Shown: positions 1-6,036 of the stretch, one piece after another | Layout: the number at the start of each line of letters is the position of its first letter | Numbering within the stretch: the stretch's first letter is position 1 | Source: Octopus sinensis | Taxonomy: Eukaryota | Length of the DNA: 6,036 nt | Assembly (NCBI RefSeq): GCF_006345805.1 | Contig: NW_021829542.1 | Location: forward strand, 1 to 6,036 | Direction of reading: 5' to 3' | Made by a program: the position numbers and the translations under genes | Notes under the pieces: generated by a model | Told to the model about the DNA's origin: nothing | Databases searched by the model: none | Seen by the model: the letters and a program-made list of their open reading frames with translations, nothing else

Positions 1-30
1 AACATATACATATATATGTGTGTGTGTGTA

Positions 31-226
31 TAGGCACAGAGATACATGCATAATACTTACATATGTGTGTATGTATGTATATATACCCAAGCGCTGCTAT
101 ATAATCGTCTATGAAACTACATCAATGTCATTAGATGACCCGGGGTTATAGAACAAGACTCTTAGCCAAAGAGCAGTGTGGTTAGATCGAACCCGAACCC
201 ACATAATAACGAAACAAACTTCTTAA

Positions 227-265
<39 letters not shown>

Positions 266-312
266 TACACACACACACATACATACACACACACTAAGCT
301 ATACCTGCATCT
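31..312 (-). mobile_element. Degenerate tRNA-derived SINE, family A (same family as 5427-5843)
   Basis: Aligns by eye to the better-preserved copy: cggggttatagaacaagactcttagccaaag (141-171) vs cggggctatagtagaagacacttgcccatgg (5737-5767); gatcgaacccgaacccacat vs gactgaacccggaaccatgt; tacctgcatct vs cccctgcgcct. Minus-strand Pol III B box GGGTTCGATC at 185-194. Left boundary is approximate because it lies in the internal TA/TG tract. Confidence 0.75.
228..294. repeat. (CA)n microsatellite with CATA interruptions, inside the SINE head
   Basis: Directly visible. Confidence 0.97.
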
Positions 313-489
313 GTTTCTTTTTAATTATTGATATTTTTATTCATAATTGTCTACCTGGCAATCCTTTTTCACTTATCCCTTTTGACATTTTTTCAATTAA
401 TTCCTTTGATATTTCTCGGTTACCCAACCTCGAACTGATTCTCGTGGCACCGCAAAGACTGTCACGTTATTCTTACTTGGATATTCTAA

Positions 490-524
490 AACAACAACAA
501 CAACTACAACAATAACAAAAACAA
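490..524. repeat. Imperfect (CAA)n microsatellite
   Basis: acaacaacaacaactacaacaataacaaaaacaa. Confidence 0.9.
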
Positions 525-547
525 TTGTATATATGTAATTTACTTAC

Positions 548-700
548 AGGCGTCATGCTGGCCGAACTAGTGCAGCGTTGCTGAAGACGCCTGGGAGTAT
601 TCGTTCTAGCTTTCCATGATTCTGAGTTCGAATCGCACGGATGTGAACATTGGCTTTTATAATTAGTTTCGAGATAAAGTACCAGTCATATACCGGGTTC
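548..700 (+). mobile_element. Degenerate tRNA-derived SINE, family B
   Basis: A-box-like TGGCCGAA (559-566), canonical B box GTTCGAATC (626-634), and downstream gataaagtaccagt shared with the copies at 2946-3122 (aaataagtaccagt) and 5895-6036 (reverse complement). Confidence 0.75.
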
Positions 701-704
701 TATT

Positions 705-797
705 TCTCTCTTTATCCCCCTCTCTCTCTCTCCTATTTTCTTTCTTTCTTTCTTTCTTTCTTCCTTACACACACACACACGCACACATACATACACC
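705..797. repeat. Compound (CT)n/(CTTT)n/(CA)n simple repeat
   Basis: Directly visible. Confidence 0.9.
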
Positions 798-1070
798 CTT
801 CTTTCTCTGAAAGTAACCAAATGTGTTCAGACCTTTTGAGGAATGAACTCCAAAACCTTTTTAAAAAAACCCAATGGCGTCATTATGACTCCAGAAGGAT
901 TTAGAACTCCGGAGACAAAAGGGATTTTAGTTATATTTCACTGAATCTAAGCTATTATTATTATTTTAATTTCATTTATGGACAACAGATTGTTGGGAAA
1001 AAATTCCTAACATCGGGCTTCAAGTAATTTAGATACTAAGAATCTTTCCTACGTATTCTATCTGTCCCTA

Positions 1071-1104
1071 TATTATTATTATTATTATTGTTGTTGTTGT
1101 TGTT
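1071..1104. repeat. (ATT)n(GTT)n microsatellite, left flank of the 1105-1652 element
   Basis: Directly visible. Confidence 0.95.
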
Positions 1105-1651
1105 GAGTGAGAGAGCAATGCATGCCATCAAAGTGACACTGGGATAAAATATACGAAGCCCATCATGACTACTCATCTGATAAGGGTATACCAGGCACAT
1201 GCATCACAACCATATGTGCGCGACATGGTGATCTCATATCAAGATAAACAGCGCATGACCTTGCAGGTGGGGCCCAATTAGAATTTTCTTTAGGTCGAGT
1301 AGCCCATCCCGCTCAAAAGGTCCCTGAATAAAGATTGTTTAAGGATGTTGAACGAACCACCCATGTTTCCAAAGGTGAATTATCCAAACCTCTCAGAATT
1401 ACTTTCAACACACGGCTATGATGCTCCCCACTACTTCTACTCGTGGTCAGATATGCACATATCGCCAGCCACATGGAGACATGGTCAACTGGTTAAGGTC
1501 AAACAACTGACAAGCAAATCTGTGGTATTGAGCAGAATATTTACTGTTGCCCATCTTTTATATCAAGACAAAACAATGCACATGATAACACTTCCAATCA
1601 TTTAAGATCAGAAGCCATGAGAGCCACTGTCTGGTACTGCACCAGGACATT

Positions 1652-1652
<1 letters not shown>
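1105..1652. mobile_element. ~550 bp non-coding interspersed repeat embedded in an (ATT)n-type microsatellite; probably a non-autonomous retroelement
   Basis: Complex, less AT-rich block with sharp ends (gagtgagagagc... and ...gcaccaggacattt) and trinucleotide tracts abutting both sides. I recall it as a common octopus repeat (unverified). No TIRs, no clear Pol III boxes and no recognisable protein motif. Confidence 0.65.
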
Positions 1653-1781
<129 letters not shown>

Positions 1782-2329
1782 GAGATGGCGAGCAAGCATT
1801 CGGTTTTAATGCTGGTAAGCTATCAACAATAGTGAGTAAATATTGGGTTAAAACAATCTTTGGATAGAAAAATCGAAGGTTGGCCGTTATTTTGAATCGA
1901 CAAATTGGAGAGTCATCGAAGAGTTTGATAAATGCCCCGCTCGAAGCTCTCGGCCGTTAAGTCACTCTGTAACATCTTATCAATTAAAAATAATTAAAAG
2001 CATGTTTATATTCCTATACATATATCTATGTGTACAAATCACAGGCTAAACTTCTGGAGTATTTTATATACTTTTGAATGTTCCATTAACGTCTTTTAAT
2101 TAAAATTTTTTATTAGTCGTATCTTTTTTCTTGGTTTTGTGAAGTTCGGCTTCTCGAGATTGGTAATGAGGAAGTTTGTTACATAACCAAGTAATTAAAT
2201 AATGAAAGAGAATTACTCTAACATTATAGTTCCTGGGATTCCTCATTACTCCACTGTAGACATTTTCTTTACCTTTAATGTCTTCATTGGTTCTATGTTC
2301 ACCTTGCTTTTTCACATGTATGCGCAGGT

Positions 2330-2770
2330 CTGGACAATATTTTTCTTATTTTTCAGGAAAATTGGTATTTATTGATGCATGCAAGACTGCCTTCTCTACG
2401 CCAACGCTGTTTATCCAAAGGAGACGCGGCCGATGACTTGGGCCAATAGAGCCCGGCACCAGTCTCATCGCAGGCTTTGTTCTCAGAACTCAAAGATCCG
2501 GAACTGAGCCCACAAAGTACTCGCCAAACCTAAAATCTCCGCCAATCCACCAGGAGATGGCAAGATATATTTTTACAAAGACTGGTTGTTGCTCATGCAT
2601 GCAAGACTCCTTTCTCCACGCCAGCGATATATATCGAAGAAAAAGACCAACGACTAAGACCTATAAAGCCTGGCACCATGATCATTGCAGACCTAGTTAT
2701 CAGAGCTCAAAGAACCGTCGTAGATACCACATAGTATACAACCCAATCCACGACCTGGAATTGTAAGAGA
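2330..2770. repeat. Diverged head-to-tail tandem duplication, period ~220 bp
   Basis: atgcatgcaagact at 2375-2388 and 2595-2608; ggcacca, ctcaaaga and ccaatccac also recur in register. Hand alignment of 2359-2520 to 2579-2737 gives 112/159 identities (~70%) with one 3-nt gap. Confidence 0.9.
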
Positions 2771-2785
2771 CGTGGGCATCCTAAC

Positions 2786-2912
2786 TTGTGGTTTTTCCAC
2801 TGACCCCAGAAAAGATAAAGAACATAGTTGATCCTGATGGGAACTGAATTCAGAGTGTTAGGTATCGGAACAGTTTGTGAATGACATTATATTCAACGCT
2901 GTAACAACTCAT
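2786..2912 (-). mobile_element. Highly degenerate family B SINE fragment
   Basis: gaccccagaaaagataaagaacatagttgatcctgatgggaactgaattcaga is collinear with aacttcgaaaggatgaaaggcgaagtcgaccttggcggaatttgaac at the window end. Confidence 0.6.
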
Positions 2913-2945
2913 TATCTATAAACGTCATTATCTACCAACGTCATA

Positions 2946-3122
2946 AGGTGGTGTGCTAGCAGAATCGTGAGGAGGTCGAACAGAATTTTATACGCCATTT
3001 CTTTCAGCTTTACGTGCTGAGTTCAAATACAGCCGAGGTACATTTTGACTTTCACCTTTTCGTAGTCTTGAAATAAGTACCAGTTGAACATTATAGGCCT
3101 TTTACCTATAGTAGAAAAGATT
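2946..3122 (+). mobile_element. tRNA-derived SINE, family B
   Basis: A-box-like TAGCAGAA, B box GTTCAAATAC (3021-3030), then gccgagg...tttcaccttttcg...aaataagtaccagttg matching the reverse complement of the 5895-6036 copy. Confidence 0.8.
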
Positions 3123-3126
3123 TAAA

Positions 3127-3277
3127 GGGCATTAGGTTGGTAGAGTTGTTAGAAGGTCGAATAAAAATCCTGGTGCAGTTTTGTTTCTTCTTTTTACCTT
3201 CCTTGTTTAAATCCCACAGAGCTTAGGTTTGCCATGGATTCCTCTACGGTCGATAAAATTATACACCAGTCATATTC
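3127..3277 (+). mobile_element. Degenerate family B SINE, in tandem behind the 2946-3122 copy
   Basis: ggttggtagagttgttagaaggtcgaa parallels gctagcagaatcgtgaggaggtcgaa; B-box-like GTTTAAATCC (3205-3214); ggtcgataaaattatacaccagtcat. Confidence 0.65.
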
Positions 3278-3284
3278 GCCGGCC

Positions 3285-3552
3285 CACAACTACATCCTAG
3301 TAACCAAACTTACTCTACGTGACTTTTGGTTGTTTCCCAAGCTGTGGGAGAATATGAAAAAGGCCATAACAAGGGTCCTGGGTACCTTCATATTGTAGGG
3401 CTTCCACGGGGCTTTCAAAAAATGGCTGGAGCACTACAAGTTCATTGATGTGAGAGTATCCTATTTCGAAGGAGATTAGAGCTTTGTACTTCTCTGAAAT
3501 AAATAAATGCCTCTTCTGAAAAAGTTTCAAAACTTCTGGAAAGCACTTTGAA
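3285..3552 (+). mobile_element. Decayed Tc1/mariner (mariner-type) DNA transposon 3' end: transposase C-terminus pseudogene, poly(A) signal and probable 3' TIR
   Basis: 3309-3479 translates LTLRDFWLFPKLWENMKKAITRVLGTFIL*GFHGAFKKWLEHYKFIDVRVSYFEGD*, matching the mariner YSPDLAPxDFxLFPKLK motif (third catalytic Asp at 3321-3323) and the typical xYFE C-terminus. Internal TAG at 3396-3398; AATAAA at 3498-3507; TIR-like aagtttcaaaacttctggaaagcactttg at ~3522-3550. Confidence 0.88.
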
Positions 3553-3805
3553 TGCTTCTAAAGTTAGCCATCATATGACGGGTCACACTGTAGCTATTTC
3601 ATATAATTGCTACGCACCTCCTTCACATGACTGTGAAAACTTATATGCTGATATTCATGGCAATCCTTTCTAAACCATCTGGATGATTTACTTGGATCCC
3701 AATCCCTTTTCTGTCACCGGATTCCGTGATATTTTCTTTCCTCGGTTTTATAAAAACACCCGGGAAAATAGCCTTTAGTTTAAGGGTTTCTTATAGCCCA
3801 CCCAA

Positions 3806-3859
3806 ACACATACACACTCACACACATATTAACATAGCGCATGCATGCACACACCGTTT

Positions 3860-3894
<35 letters not shown>

Positions 3895-3926
3895 CACACA
3901 CACACATGCACAAATATGTACGTACG

Positions 3927-3966
<40 letters not shown>

Positions 3967-4150
3967 ACGTTGAAGATATGCATACATATGTGCAGATATG
4001 CATATATATGCAAACATGTATGCATGCACATATATATATATATCTATATATACATATATATATATATATACACACATATAATTATATATATTATATATGT
4101 ACACATATATATATATACATACATGCATACATATATACACATATACGTAT
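3806..4150. repeat. Long compound (CA)n/(TA)n/(CATA)n microsatellite region
   Basis: Directly visible. Confidence 0.95.
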
Positions 4151-4353
4151 AAACACAGACACAGTGTTTGTACCTGTACACAACGTTGAGTCTTTGTGCT
4201 GTTTCGTGCGAGGTGCTACATACAGGTGTGTGTGTGTGTAAAAGTGAATGCATTTGTGTCTGGAATTTTTGTGTGTGTATTTACTTGGCTTTATATGTTG
4301 TAGTTTTATGTATATCTTAAAGGTCACGGACAGGAAATATTGATGTATCTTTG

Positions 4354-4358
4354 TACAC

Positions 4359-4407
<49 letters not shown>

Positions 4408-4530
4408 ACATACACACATATATATATATATATTGTGCGTGTGTGCGTGTATGTATGTACGCATATATATATATATATATATAATATATATATTTATATA
4501 TACACACATATATATATATACATATGCACG
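4354..4530. repeat. Compound (CA)n/(TA)n/(TG)n microsatellite region
   Basis: Directly visible. Confidence 0.95.
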
Positions 4531-4637
4531 TAGATATTATATATTTCTGAACAATAATTCTCAGACGGTAATACATGCACACACATATGGACAAAAACTT
4601 ATGTCTCTGTGTAAGAATTGATGGACGTATTGAATTT

Positions 4638-4643
<6 letters not shown>

Positions 4644-4703
<60 letters not shown>
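4644..4703. repeat. (TA)n(GA)n compound microsatellite
   Basis: Directly visible. Confidence 0.97.
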
Positions 4704-4706
<3 letters not shown>

Positions 4707-4739
4707 GGAGAGGGAAATGTGCCTATATAAGCGTGAGTC

Positions 4740-4870
4740 TATATATGTGTTTATGTATGCGTGTGTTTGTTTGTTTGTGTGTGGTGTGTGTGTGTGTAAA
4801 TCTATATGTATGTATGTATGTATAGATGTACATATTGATATGTATAACTACATGCATGCATGTATGTACA
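4740..4870. repeat. Degenerate (TG)n/(TTTG)n/(TATG)n simple repeat
   Basis: Directly visible. Confidence 0.85.
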
Positions 4871-4940
4871 GGCCACAGTCTTTTCTCTTTTAGAAATTAT
4901 CAAGATCCTGTATACAAGTTATTTCAAAGCAAACATTCAT

Positions 4941-5010
4941 AAAAAAACTAAAAATATAAAAAAAAACGAAAAAAAAAGAAAAGAAAGATAAGAAATGAAT
5001 AAAGAAGAAA
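4941..5010. repeat. A-rich low-complexity tract
   Basis: aaaaaaactaaaaatataaaaaaaaacgaaaaaaaaagaaaagaaag... Confidence 0.85.
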
Positions 5011-5426
5011 GCAATTTTTGGTAATTTAATGAATTCCAAGCAGGAAGAATGCCAAAATTGTAATTCTTTGATCTAAAAAATGGTAATGGAAGCTCTAGCT
5101 TAACAAGCTTCCAATGTAATATTCCAAGGAAAGGCTTTTGGAATCGCAATTTCTTGGTGATTAGATTCTCAAGCATTATCGGTTGTTTTTTTCGTTTGTT
5201 TGTATACCCTGTATACCCTGGTGGAAAAAGACTAATCAAAAACAGTCTAAGCGTGACCATCCTGTCTTCTTTTCATTTTCAGATATTGTAGAACTATGTG
5301 ATTTTAACTAGTGTTTTTAAACGTCAAGCGAGTTGTCCCACCTCTGTAGTTTCCTGAATGCTACGACAGGGTGTGCGGCTGAAAAACTTCGACTCGTGGT
5401 CTTTCTGTTACTCAGTGCGGTCCAGC

Positions 5427-5636
5427 TACTTGTTTCAGTCATTTGACTGTGGCCATGCTGAAGCACCGCCTTTAGTCGAGCAAATCGACCTCCAGGACTT
5501 ATTCTTTGTAAGCCTAGGACTTATTCTATCGGTTACTTGTGCCGAACCGCTAAGTTATGGGGACGCAAACACACCAGCGTCGGTTGTCAAGTGATGTTGG
5601 GGGGACAAACACCGACACACAAACACATACACACAC

Positions 5637-5685
<49 letters not shown>

Positions 5686-5843
5686 CACACATATATACAC
5701 ATATATACACATATATACGACGGGCTTTGGTCGCCTCGGGGCTATAGTAGAAGACACTTGCCCATGGTGCCCCGCAGTGGGACTGAACCCGGAACCATGT
5801 GGTCGGTAAGCAAGATTCTTACTATACAGCAACCCCTGCGCCT
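5427..5843 (-). mobile_element. Near full-length tRNA-derived SINE, family A, with an internal (CA)n/(TA)n microsatellite; probably a CORE-type octopus SINE
   Basis: Minus strand starts ggcgcaggggttgctgtatagtaag (A-box-like), has B box GGGTTCAGTCCC (5779-5790), then CORE-like tgggcaagtgtctt (5751-5764). Internal microsatellite ~5615-5718. Perfect palindrome cagtca-tt-tgactg (5436-5449) near the 3' end. Family placement (octopus OR/OK-type SINEs) is recalled, not searched. Confidence 0.88.
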
Positions 5844-5894
5844 ATATTTTCCTTTCCAGAGAAATCGACTTTATTGGCATTTGAAACTCTATTA

Positions 5895-6036
5895 TATTGG
5901 TTTCGGATTTTGGCACACGGCTGGAAATATCGGAGAAGGGGGTCAGTCGATTACATCAACCTCAGTGCTCAACTGGTATTTATTTTATCAACTTCGAAAG
6001 GATGAAAGGCGAAGTCGACCTTGGCGGAATTTGAAC
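5895..6036 (-). mobile_element. Family B SINE, 5' head truncated by the window edge
   Basis: Minus strand reads gttcaaattccgccaaggtcgacttcgcctttcatcctttcgaagttgataaaataaataccagttgagcactgaggttgatgtaatcgact: B box followed by the central domain shared with the other four copies. Confidence 0.85.

Noticed and set aside
548-640. tRNA gene suggested by A and B boxes
   Set aside because: No cloverleaf, long box spacing, and continuation into the SINE body; it is a SINE head.
805-860. Possible extremely degenerate minus-strand family B fragment (gaccttttgaggaatgaactc); a similar faint head-like match at 1782-1815
   Set aside because: Similarity too low and short to support by eye.
1345-1605. 86 aa ORF inside the (ATT)n-flanked element
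   Set aside because: No RT, endonuclease or transposase motif recognised; likely a chance ORF.
2557-2766. 69 aa ORF MARYIFTKTGCC...
   Set aside because: The equivalent frame in unit 1 has two stops, and in this frame substitutions fall mostly at codon position 2, the opposite of coding constraint.
2330-2770. CRISPR-like or other prokaryotic array
   Set aside because: Only two long diverged units, no short conserved repeats with spacers, and a clearly eukaryotic context.
3315-3530. 71 aa minus-strand ORF
   Set aside because: Antisense to the mariner transposase remnant.
3575-3673. Peptide MTGHTVAISYNCYAPPSHDCENLYADIHGNPF* with a YAP motif like LINE AP-endonucleases
   Set aside because: Too short, with no convincing GDFN motif downstream.
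3726-4893. Many overlapping HT/YI/CV/RE-repeat ORFs
   Set aside because: Dinucleotide repeats lack stop codons; no real protein signal.
5265-5310. Splice-acceptor-like tcttcttttcattttcag (and ttttctcttttag ending at 4893)
   Set aside because: All frames after 5282 stop within about ten codons, and there is no other gene evidence.

Overview
AT-rich eukaryotic non-coding DNA dense in microsatellites and short retroposons. It is most likely intronic or intergenic sequence from an octopus-type cephalopod genome; this is inferred from recalled repeat families, not a search. No intact protein-coding gene is supported, and the supplied ORFs are mostly translated microsatellites or antisense to repeats. 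Contents: two copies of one tRNA-derived SINE family (family A, minus strand), five copies of a second (family B, three of them clustered at 2786-3277), a ~550 bp interspersed repeat flanked by (ATT)n-type tracts, a decayed mariner transposase 3' end, many compound microsatellites, and an unexplained ~220 bp diverged tandem duplication (2330-2770) with a possible relic coding signature. I see no convincing new biological system. The tandem duplication and the (ATT)n-embedded element are the best leads.
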